This document shows, one piece after another, positions 37,014 through 47,050 of a DNA stretch of 64,000 nt. Position 1 is the stretch's first letter. Every line of letters starts with the position of its first letter. The DNA lies in the NCBI GenBank assembly GCA_963727485.1, contig CAVSGM010000002.1, forward strand, positions 1,792,001 to 1,856,000, written 5' to 3'. Position numbers and translations under genes: made by a program. The stretch is from an uncultured delta proteobacterium. GTDB lineage: Bacteria; Myxococcota; Myxococcia; SLRQ01. The notes beneath the pieces are model-generated. The model made no database searches and was not told the DNA's origin. It was given only the letters and a program-made list of their open reading frames with translations.

Positions 37014-37878
37014 TCAGGGTCCGTCGGCGCCGGCGAGGTAGTCGGGGTAGCGCAGCTCGACGCCGAAGACCGCCTTGGCCTTGGCGTTCGTCACCCGCTT
37101 GGAGCCCAGGAGCGTCGGCGACGGGGCCTCGCTGGCCGGGGCCACCTCCGGCGCCGGGAGCCCGAGGCGCCCGGCGAGGAAGGTCGCCACCTCCCGGAGG
37201 GACGCGGGCCGGTCGTCGGCGAGGTTGTAGATCCCCGAGGCGTCGGGGTCGGCGGCGAGGGCGCGGGCGAGGGTGGCGACGATGTCGTCGACGTGGATCC
37301 GGTTGAGGAGGTTCTCGCCCCCGCCAAAGAGACGCACCCGGCCGGCGCGCAGGCGCCCCTCGAGCCCCCGGCCCCGGCCGTAGATCGCCGCCAGCCGCAG
37401 GACGATGCCGGTGGCCCCGAGGCTGCGCGCCCCCTCGAGGAACACGGTCTCCGCGTCGAGGCGGGCGGCGGCGCGATCGGGCCCGGGGTCCACGGGGCTC
37501 TCCTCGGTGACCTCGCCGCCGTCGCGCTCGGCGTAGACCCCGGTGGTGGACAGGTAGATGAGCGCCCGGGGCGCGGCGGCCGGCGACGACGTCGAGGACC
37601 GCCCGGGCCCCGGCGTCCCGGCGCGGGTCCGGGCCCACCGGGGGCACGGTGTGCACCACCACCGCCCCCTCGGGGCAGATATCGCCGAGGCCCTCCGTCT
37701 CGGGAAGTGCACACACCGCGACCTCGACGCCCCGACCGGCGAGCTCCTCGGCCCGGGCGGGATCGCGGAGGGTGCCAGAGACGGCGATCCCGTGGCCCCG
37801 GAGGGTGCGCGCCAGGTGGGCGCCCACGTGGCCGAGACCGACGACGACGACGGGCGGGGGCGCGGTGGCATCGGGCAT
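37014..37878 (-). CDS. NAD-dependent epimerase/atypical SDR (YeeZ-like), frameshift near 37600
   Basis: VVVGLGHVG Rossmann motif; YLSTTGVY, LRLAAIYG, NRIHVDDI, YNLADD. Confidence 0.85.
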
Positions 37879-38003
37879 GCAGCGTCCATAGCACGGCGCC
37901 GGGCCGGTCGCACCCGGACGCACCCGGGGCCGAAAAGTTGACCGATCCCCACCCTGGGCGACGATGGACGGGCCCGGCGACCTCCGCCGGACGAGGAGGG
38001 AAC

Positions 38004-38375
38004 ATGGACGCGATCCGAACCGAGACGGCACCCGCCTCCACCGCCGTGACCTCGACCCGCAGGGCGCCGGCGAGCGCCGAGCGCCCGCCCCGGGTCCACG
38101 CCGACCTCTCCGTCGAGGTCCGCACCCGCCAGGGCCCGGTGTTCCGCCCGGTGCGCGACCTGTCCCTCACCGGGCTCTACGTGGCCGGCCTCCGGGCGCC
38201 GGTGGGCCACGAGATCCACCTGACCCTGGCGTTCCCCGACGAGGCGCCCCTGTCCCTGCGGGGCCGGGTGGTCCGCTGCGACCCGGGGACCGACGCCGGG
38301 GTGGCCATGGTCTTCAGCCGCATCGGCTGGGACGACATGCTCACCATCGCCCGGTACCTGGCCCCCCGGATCTGA
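38004..38375 (+). CDS. Stand-alone PilZ-domain protein
   Basis: ERPPRV (RxxxR-like), RDLSLTGLYV (DxSxxG), LRGRVVR, GVAMVF. Confidence 0.85.
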   Translation: MDAIRTETAPASTAVTSTRRAPASAERPPRVHADLSVEVRTRQGPVFRPVRDLSLTGLYVAGLRAPVGHEIHLTLAFPDEAPLSLRGRVVRCDPGTDAGVAMVFSRIGWDDMLTIARYLAPRI

Positions 38376-38396
38376 GTGGGGTCATAGCCGACCCAT

Positions 38397-38426
38397 TTTA
38401 CAGTCAGACTGTGAATTCTCTACACT
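38397..38426 (+). promoter_or_regulatory. Sigma70-like promoter with an overlapping palindromic operator candidate
   Basis: TTTACA (38397-38402), 18 nt, TACACT (38421-38426); inverted repeat ACAGTC-A-GACTGT at 38400-38412; AT-rich island in very GC-rich DNA. Confidence 0.6.
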
Positions 38427-38468
38427 GACGGACGTCCTCGCCGGGGAGACACGCCAGGACCCCGACCC

Positions 38469-38909
38469 TTGACCGACGACCCCTCCGTACCCGAGAGCCC
38501 CCCCGCCGAGCCCACCTCGGGCCGGCGACGATTTCTCCGGGAGGGCGCGGGGATGCTGGCCCTCGGGGCCCTCGCCGTGGCGCCCGGCGGCCGCGACCGC
38601 GCCCTCGACGCCCTCCGGGGCCGGGTTCGCACCGTGCGCCTGGGCAGCGCCCGGCCCCACCCGGCGCCCGGTGTCAGCGCCCGGCGCGCCGGTGACGAGC
38701 TGGTGGTCTCCATCCCCGGCGCCGATCCCGGCGTCGCCCTCAACGAGACCGCCGCCCAGGTGTTCCTCGCCTGCGACGGCCGGCGCACCGTCGACGCCAT
38801 CGCCGCCTCGCTCTGTCGGCGCTACCGCGTGTCGCCGGCGCGGGCCCGCCGCGACGCGGGGGCGGTGGTCTCGGCGCTGACGCGCGCCGGGTGCCTCGTC
38901 CTCGGCTGA
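38469..38909 (+). CDS. PqqD-family RiPP recognition element (RRE) protein with a twin-arginine-like N-terminus
   Basis: LNETAAQVFLACDGRRTVDAIAASLCRRY..ARRDAGAVVSALTRAGCL is the PqqD pattern; N-terminal GRRRFLR followed by a hydrophobic stretch. Confidence 0.85.
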   Translation: MTDDPSVPESPPAEPTSGRRRFLREGAGMLALGALAVAPGGRDRALDALRGRVRTVRLGSARPHPAPGVSARRAGDELVVSIPGADPGVALNETAAQVFLACDGRRTVDAIAASLCRRYRVSPARARRDAGAVVSALTRAGCLVLG

Positions 38910-38936
38910 TCCCCGGCGTCCCCGCTCCGGGGCCGC

Positions 38937-39147
38937 TCAGGGCCGGCTGGGGGCGCAGGGTCCCGACGGGCGAGCAGATCTGGGGGTGGCAGGCGTAGGG
39001 TCCGCAGCTCGAGGACGGCGCCGCCCGGGGGATGGGGATTTTGATCGACCGGATCCGAGGGCGGACGTACTTCTTGACCCCGTCGACGATCGCCTCCTCG
39101 GCGGCCTCCAGGGCCTCGTCCTCGATGTCGTTGCGGTCGTCGCTCAT
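38937..39147 (-). CDS. Candidate RiPP precursor peptide (~69 aa after one-base correction), CxP-repeat core
   Basis: MSDDRNDIEDEALEAAEEAIVDGVKKYVRPRIRSIKIPIPRAAPSSSCGPYACHPQICSPVG; dropping one G near 38963 gives PCAPSRP-TGA; starts 6 nt after the peptidase stop. Confidence 0.7.
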
Positions 39148-39153
39148 GGTCCG

Positions 39154-40863
39154 CTACCAGGCGGTGGACCAGGTCAGGCGCCAGCCCGCCGGGAACCGCT
39201 CGAGCCAGTACTCTACCACCTGCGTGGTCTCCCGGTCGCCCTGGTCGGCGGTGCGCAGGGCGTGGACCAGGACCTCGGGGTAGTTGCGGGTGCCGGTGGT
39301 GTAGACCGAGAGGATCCGGGTGTGGACGGTGGCGTCGGTGTCGGTCCGGCCGGTGGCGATCCGGGCCCGGGCGGCGTCGTCGAGGGCGTCGCAGTAGAAG
39401 CCGTCCATGGTCGCCCGGTAGGCCTCCGGGTCCCGGGCGTTCACCGCGGCGTCGGCGTCGTGGATCACCCGGGCGATGGCCGCGCGGTCGGCGTCGGGGA
39501 CCGGGGTGGGCGGCTGGGAGAGGTAGGGGGCCAGGGCGTCCTTCCAGGCGGCGCGGAAGGCGTCGAGGCCCTCCCCGACCACGTGCTGGAGCAGGTGGTC
39601 CATCGCCCGGGCCAGGGAGGGGCCGTCGCTGACCTGGTCGCCGAGGGTGTCGACCAGGGTCCACCCGTGCCAGGTCACCGCGGCGGCGCGCCACAGCTCC
39701 AGGAGCTTCGCCCGGCCGTAGCGGGAGACGAAGAGGCTCACGAACGAGCCGTCCCGACCGTAGTTGCGGCCATAGACGTCGCTGTCCTCGAAACCGTAGC
39801 GGTAGGTCGCGTTCTCCTCGCCGGCGACCAGGTCGTCGGCGTAGGCCTGGTGGCGGTCCCGGCCCGAGCCGTCGAGGTAGACCGCGAGCCCCTCGTCGAG
39901 AAACGGCAGGTGGTCGGTCTTCCCGTCGACGGCGGTGGCGAGGACGTGGGTGAGCTCGTGGCCGAAGTGGTGGCGCTCGTAGCTGTCGTCGCCTTGGAGG
40001 TAGAGGACGTCGACCTCGTGCTTCCAGGGGAAGGCCTGGCCCACGCTGTAGCCGTGGGCGAAGGCGGCCATGCGGTTGGGCGAGAGGACCACGGTGATCC
40101 GCGGGCGGGTGGTCAGGCCCAGGAACTCGCTGATGCGGTCGTAGGCCCGCTGGCGATCCTGGAAGATGGGGTCGAGGTCGGCGGCGGCGGCGGTGCCCGG
40201 GAGGTAGCGCAGGTCGAAGGGGCCGCGCTCGGTGTCCTGGTAGGCGACGCCCGCGTAGGTGGGGACGTCGGCGCAGAGGACCGGCGCGATCGGGCCGCCC
40301 GCGTCGCCGCCGGCGCCGGGGCCGTTGTCGTTGCCCGCGGTGCCGGGGCCGTTGTCGCTGCCCGCGGCCCCCTGGCCGTTGCCGTTGCCGTTGCCGAGGC
40401 CGCTGTCCGGGCCGGCGCCGGTGCCGCCGGTGTCGCCGTTGCCTCCGGCGGTGCCGTTGCCTCCGGCGGTGCCGTTGCCTCCGGCGGTGCCGCCCGCGCT
40501 GCCGCTGGCGCTCCCGCCCTGGTTGGCGCTTCCGTCGTCCTCGCTGCCGGTGCGCGGCCCGGCGCCCGGGACGCCGTCGAGGCCTCGAAGGTGCAGGCCC
40601 CCCGGGAGGCCCGGACGGACGGCGCGCCCAGGCCGGGTCCGCCAGCCGGGGAGGGCGCCGGGGCGGGTGGCCAGGGACGCCACCGGGACGCGCAGCGCGC
40701 TCGGCGTCGCCACCGGGCGGGTCGCCGCCGCCGGGGCGCCGCCGGCCGTCGCCGGGCTGGCGGCGGTCGTGGTCGGGGGCGCATCGGTGGGCGGCGCCGC
40801 CGGGGCGGTGCAGGCGGCGGCGAGGAGGACGAAGGCGAGGGACGGGGGGGCGAGTCGGCGCAT
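39154..40863 (-). CDS. Lipoprotein with a gluzincin (peptidase MA-like) zinc metalloprotease domain
   Basis: Lipobox LAAAC; Gly/Asn-rich linker; HELTH followed by FLDEGLAVY (HExxH + ExxA). Confidence 0.8.
   Translation of the reverse strand: MRRLAPPSLAFVLLAAACTAPAAPPTDAPPTTTAASPATAGGAPAAATRPVATPSALRVPVASLATRPGALPGWRTRPGRAVRPGLPGGLHLRGLDGVPGAGPRTGSEDDGSANQGGSASGSAGGTAGGNGTAGGNGTAGGNGDTGGTGAGPDSGLGNGNGNGQGAAGSDNGPGTAGNDNGPGAGGDAGGPIAPVLCADVPTYAGVAYQDTERGPFDLRYLPGTAAAADLDPIFQDRQRAYDRISEFLGLTTRPRITVVLSPNRMAAFAHGYSVGQAFPWKHEVDVLYLQGDDSYERHHFGHELTHVLATAVDGKTDHLPFLDEGLAVYLDGSGRDRHQAYADDLVAGEENATYRYGFEDSDVYGRNYGRDGSFVSLFVSRYGRAKLLELWRAAAVTWHGWTLVDTLGDQVSDGPSLARAMDHLLQHVVGEGLDAFRAAWKDALAPYLSQPPTPVPDADRAAIARVIHDADAAVNARDPEAYRATMDGFYCDALDDAARARIATGRTDTDATVHTRILSVYTTGTRNYPEVLVHALRTADQGDRETTQVVEYWLERFPAGWRLTWSTAW
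40435..40488. repeat. 18-bp tandem repeat x3 encoding TAGGNG in the peptidase linker
   Basis: gccgttgcctccggcggt repeated. Confidence 0.85.
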
Positions 40864-41039
40864 GCCCCGGGTAAGAGCAGCGGCCGTGCCACCGGGCCCG
40901 AACCGGGAAGCGCCAATGGTTCCGAGGATCTGGGGGCTGCGCGGGTGAGGATTGCCCGGGTCGGCGGGGCCGGGCGGGTCACCTGGCACCCGGCCCGCGG
41001 GGACCCGGGCCCCGCCCCGCCGTGCTATGCTCCGTGCGG

Positions 41040-43302
41040 ATGGCCCGGGCTTCCCTTCCCATCCTCGGCACGGGGGCGGTGGCACCAGCGGCGCCCCGGC
41101 CCCTGCGGTTCGCCTGGCTGGAGCTGACCCACCGCTGCAACCTCCAGTGCGACCAGTGCTACACCAACAGCACTCCCCGCACGCCCCTGGGGAGCCTGCC
41201 CACCGAGCGCTGGCACCGCCTCCTCGAGGAGATCGTCGCCGCCGGGGGGAAGACGGTGCAGTTCACCGGCGGTGAGGCCACCACCCACCCGGACCTGGTC
41301 CCGCTCCTCGAGCACGCCGCCGGGCTCGGCCTCGCCGTCGAGCTGTTCACCAACGCCACCCGCCTCGACGACGCCCTGATTCGAGCGCCTCGCCACCCTC
41401 GGGGTGGCGGTGGCCACCTCGCTGCACAGCCACGAGGCGGCGGCCCACGACGCCATCACCCGGACCCCCGGGAGCCACGCCCTCACCGTCGACGCCATCC
41501 GCAGGCTGGTCGCCCGGGGGATCGAGGTCCGGGTCGCCGGGGTGCTCATGGCCGGCAACGCCGACCACGGCCCGGCCACCGAGGCCCTCATCCGGCGCCT
41601 CGGCGTCCTCACCCCGTTCAAGACCGACCCGGTGCGCCCCACCGGCCGGGGGCGCAAGGCCGAGTCCCCGGCCGAGGTGGCCAGCTGCACCGTGTGCGAC
41701 GACGGGACCTTCCAGGCGATGCACACCGATCCCGCGGGCCCGGCGCCGTCGACCTGCTGGGACGGGCGCATCGCCGTGAGCCCCCGGGGCGAGGTCTACC
41801 CCTGCATCTTCAGCCGCGGGGCGAAGGTGGGCAGCGTCGCCGACACCCCGCTCCCCCAGGTCCTCGCCCGCGGGCCCCTCGCCGGGCTCTGGGCCCTGAC
41901 CACCGACGACGTCCCCGAGTGCCGGGACTGCGACCGGAAGGGCGTGTGCTTCGACTGCCGGGCCCTGCCCCTCACCGCCCTCGGCGACGTCACCGCCAAG
42001 AACCCCCGGTGCGACTACGTGCCCCCGGCCAGGCGCCCCAGGCGCCCGCGCCCCGAGGCGGCGAGGGTGCGCCCGGGTCTCCTGGGCCGGGACCTGGCCG
42101 GCGAGCGGCTCCTGGTCGACGCCGCCACCGCCCGGCTCCACCGCCTCGACGCCGGGGCCGCGGCGATCCTCGACGCCCTGGCCGCCGGCGCGTCGGAGGC
42201 CGCCCTCGCCGCGGGCCTCACCCGGCGCTTCGGCCTCGCCCCGGACGAGGCGGCCTCGGAGATCGCCACCGTCGCCGACGGCCTCTGGGACGCGGGGCTC
42301 CTGGTGGACCCCGCGGGCCGGGACGTCACCGGGGACCGGGTCCTCGCCGGCGTCGCCCCGCCACCGGTGCCCGACGCCCTGGGCCTGGCCGCCGGCGCCG
42401 CGGACCCGGCGGCCGGGCGCGCCGTCGCGGACACCCCCGCCGCCGAGGTCCCCCGGCGCGCTCTCCTCGGCCTCCTCGGGCGCACCGTGGCCCTCGCCGC
42501 CGACGCCGCCGCCTGGGCCGAGCTCGAGGCCCTGCTGGCCCCCCTGGCCGCCGACCCCGGGGCCACCCCCGAGGCCACCATCTCGGTGGTCTCCCGCCGC
42601 TCCGCCCCCCACCTCGGGGCGCTCCACCACGTCCTGGTCGACGGCCGGCAGGTCCGGGCGGTGCGGACCCCCGGCGCCCTGCGCTCGGCGGTCGAGGAGG
42701 TGCTGTGCACCCTCGCCGCCGAGGGCCAGGGCGACCTGCGCCTCCACGCGGCGGTCCTGGTGGGCCCCGCCGGGGCGGTGCTCATCCCCGGGGCCTCTGG
42801 GGCGGGCAAGAGCCTGCTCGCCCTCGCCGGGGTCGCCGCGGGCCTCGGCTACGGCACCGACGAGGCGGCGCGGATCCCGCTGGTCGGCGAGGTGGTGGTC
42901 GACGCGCTCCCCAAGCCGGTGACCGTGAAGGCCGCGGGCCGGCCCTGGGTCCCCCCGGCGCTGACGGCCCGGTGGATCCCCCCGGACGTCGCCGACCCCG
43001 ACGACTACGCCTGGGTGCCGCTGGTCGGCAGCGCCCCGGCGCCGGTGGTGGCGGTGGTCCTCCCGGATTGCTCCGGCGCCACCGAGGGCCTCGCCCCCTG
43101 CGAGGCCGGCGACGCCGCCGAGGCCCTCCTCGCCGGGGTCTTCAACCTCGGCGGGGCGGGGGTCGCCGCGGGCCTCGAGGCGGTGTGCCGCCTGGTCGAG
43201 GGCGCGGCCTGCCTCCGCCTCGACACCCGGGACCTCCCGGCCGCCGGGGCGCGCCTCGCCGAGCGCCTCGGCCAAGGCGCGGCCCGGGGCACCGGCACCT
43301 GA
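41040..43302 (+). CDS. Radical SAM/SPASM peptide maturase fused to a PqqD/RRE domain and an HPr-kinase-like P-loop domain; frameshift at ~41380
   Basis: [86 protein letters not shown]; kinase LHAAVL..GASGAGKS..GTDE; removing one T at 41380 restores IERLATLGVAVATS. Confidence 0.88.
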
Positions 43303-43315
43303 GCTTCGCCGGGCG

Positions 43316-44943
<1,628 letters not shown>

Positions 44944-45134
44944 GGGGGCCTCCTCGGTTGCAGGTTCGGGGGCGCAAGATACACATCTGCCTGCGGTGAT
45001 CCACCCCGCGCGCGTGCCGCGGTGCGTCGCGCGGCGGCCTCGGTGGCGCGTCGCCGCGGCGGGGCCGAGGCCGCGGCCCGCGGCTTGCCGCCGGGGTCCC
45101 GGTGGCTAGAAGGGCGCCTGAGGGGGAACGCGAG

Positions 45135-46265
45135 ATGGACACGCGACGCTGGCTGGGCCTCGCTCTTTCGATCGCCACGCTGACCGCCGGCTGCGGGAAG
45201 CCCGCCGAGCTCGCGGTGGGCACCTACAATGCCGGCCTCGCCACCGGCTATGTGCCCTGGGCGGCACAGCGGGCGCCGAAGGTCGCCTCCGGGCTCGCGG
45301 CCCAGGACCTCGACGTCCTCTGCGTCCAGGAGGTGTGGTCGGCCGACGACGTCGCCCGGGTGAAGGCGGCCACCACAGACCGCTACGGCGAGGCGGTCTT
45401 CCTCGATCCGGATCCCGGGAGCGCCGCCGCCCTCGAGCCCGCGTGCACCGGCGCCGAGCTCGACCCCCTCCAGAGCTGCGCCGAGGCCAGCTGCGCCGGG
45501 GTCCCGGTGGACCAGCTCGCCGGCTGCGTCCTCGACCAGTGCGGCGTCGAGTTCGCCGCGGTCTCCCAGAGCTGCTCCACCTGCCTCGCCGCCAACATCG
45601 GCGCCAGCTTCTCGGAGATCCGCACCGCCTGCACCACCGGCGGCTCCGGCAGCTACGCCTTCGGCGGGAGCTTCGGGATCGGCCTGCTCACCGGCCTCCC
45701 GGTGCAGGCCACCAGCCACGTGGTCCTCGACTCCACCTACAACCGCCGGGCGGTGATCCACGCCCGCCTCGACGCCGGCGCCCTCGGCGAGGTCGACGTC
45801 TACTGCACCCACCTCTCGGCGATCTTCTCCAACATCCCCTACCCGGGCGAGGGGAGCTGGGAGGCGGAGCAGGGGGCGCAGATCCAGGCGATGCACGCCT
45901 TCGTCTCGCGCACCGCCGGCGCCGGCAACCCGGTGCTCGTCCTCGGCGATCTCAACTGCGGCCCGAAGGCCACCTCGGCCAGCGCCGAGGCCGAGGCGAA
46001 CTACCAGGCGGCCCTGGCCCCGGGCTACGCCGACCCCTACGCCGCCACCTCCGGGGCCACCTGCACCTTCTGCCAGGACAACCCCCTGGTGGGCGCCTCG
46101 GGGACCTCGGTGCTCATCGACCACGTCCTGGTCCGGGGCGGGCTGAAGGCGGTGGACAGCGCCCGGATGCTCACCGACGAGGTGACCTACGAGGCCGATG
46201 GCGCGACCCGGCAGACCCCCCGCTCCGATCACTACGGCCTGAAGGTGGTGCTCCAGGCGAAGTAG
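45135..46265 (+). CDS. Endonuclease/exonuclease/phosphatase-family lipoprotein with a Cys-rich insertion
   Basis: Lipobox LTAGC; TYNAGL, DVLCVQEVW, CTHL, GDLN, IDHVL, SDHYG. Confidence 0.88.
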   Translation: MDTRRWLGLALSIATLTAGCGKPAELAVGTYNAGLATGYVPWAAQRAPKVASGLAAQDLDVLCVQEVWSADDVARVKAATTDRYGEAVFLDPDPGSAAALEPACTGAELDPLQSCAEASCAGVPVDQLAGCVLDQCGVEFAAVSQSCSTCLAANIGASFSEIRTACTTGGSGSYAFGGSFGIGLLTGLPVQATSHVVLDSTYNRRAVIHARLDAGALGEVDVYCTHLSAIFSNIPYPGEGSWEAEQGAQIQAMHAFVSRTAGAGNPVLVLGDLNCGPKATSASAEAEANYQAALAPGYADPYAATSGATCTFCQDNPLVGASGTSVLIDHVLVRGGLKAVDSARMLTDEVTYEADGATRQTPRSDHYGLKVVLQAK

Positions 46266-46330
46266 CTCGGGTGGAACCCCATGGCTGCGCTCCCGGCGCC
46301 CCTGATCTACGCTGGCTTCGGGAGATCACC

Positions 46331-47032
46331 ATGGTCGAGATCGTGATGGACGGCCCGGGGAAGAACGCCCTGGGCAGCGGGATGATGGACTTCCTCCGGG
46401 GGCGCCTCGAGGCCGCCGACGGGGCGCCGGTGCTCCTCACCGGCGCCGGCGACGCCTTCTGCTCGGGCCTCGATCTCCGGGAGGTGGCGAGCCTCGACGA
46501 CGCGGGGATGGTCGCCTTCCTGGAGCGGCTCGAGGCCACCTGCGCCGCCCTCTTCGACTACCCGGGCCCCACCGTCGCCGCGGTCAACGGCCACGCCATC
46601 GCCGGGGGCGCCATCCTCGCCCTGTGCTGCGACGTGCGCCTCGCCTGCGACCGGGAGCGGCCCCGGATCGGCCTCAACGAGGTGGCCATCGGCCTGCGCT
46701 TCCCGCCGGCGATCCTGCGCATCGTCCGCCACCGGCTCCCCCCCGAGCACCTCGCCGAGGTGCTCCTCGGCGCCGGCCTCCACCCGCCCCGGGAGGCGGC
46801 CCGGGTCGGCCTGGTCGACGCCGTCGCCGACGACTGCCTCGCCGAGGCCCGCGCGCGCCTCGAGGCCCTCGCCGCCCATCCCCCCGCCGCCTACGCCGCC
46901 ACCAAGGCCGACCTCGGCCGGGGGGTCACCGCGGTGGACGACGTCGAGCGCCGCCGCTTCGCCGAGGAGGTGGCCCCGGTGTGGACCTCCCAGGCCACCC
47001 GGGACCGGGTCCTCGCCGCCCTCGGCCGCTGA
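46331..47032 (+). CDS. Enoyl-CoA hydratase/isomerase family protein
   Basis: AFCSGLDL, AAVNGHAIAGG, IGLNEVAIG. Confidence 0.92.
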   Translation: MVEIVMDGPGKNALGSGMMDFLRGRLEAADGAPVLLTGAGDAFCSGLDLREVASLDDAGMVAFLERLEATCAALFDYPGPTVAAVNGHAIAGGAILALCCDVRLACDRERPRIGLNEVAIGLRFPPAILRIVRHRLPPEHLAEVLLGAGLHPPREAARVGLVDAVADDCLAEARARLEALAAHPPAAYAATKADLGRGVTAVDDVERRRFAEEVAPVWTSQATRDRVLAALGR

Positions 47033-47050
47033 CCCCGCGGGACCGCCTCC

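Noticed and set aside
38740..39147. 135-aa ORF taken at face value
   Set aside because: Its tail overlaps the convergent PqqD gene by 170 nt and loses codon bias; a one-base correction gives a cleaner 69-aa peptide
41370..41400. Programmed frameshift or selenocysteine recoding in the rSAM gene
   Set aside because: No slippery heptamer or in-frame TGA; a single extra T explains it, as with many other indels in the window
38469..43302. PQQ biosynthesis or lasso peptide cluster
   Set aside because: No PqqA ExxxY core, pqqB or pqqC; no asparagine-synthetase-like cyclase or B2 transglutaminase-like protease in the window
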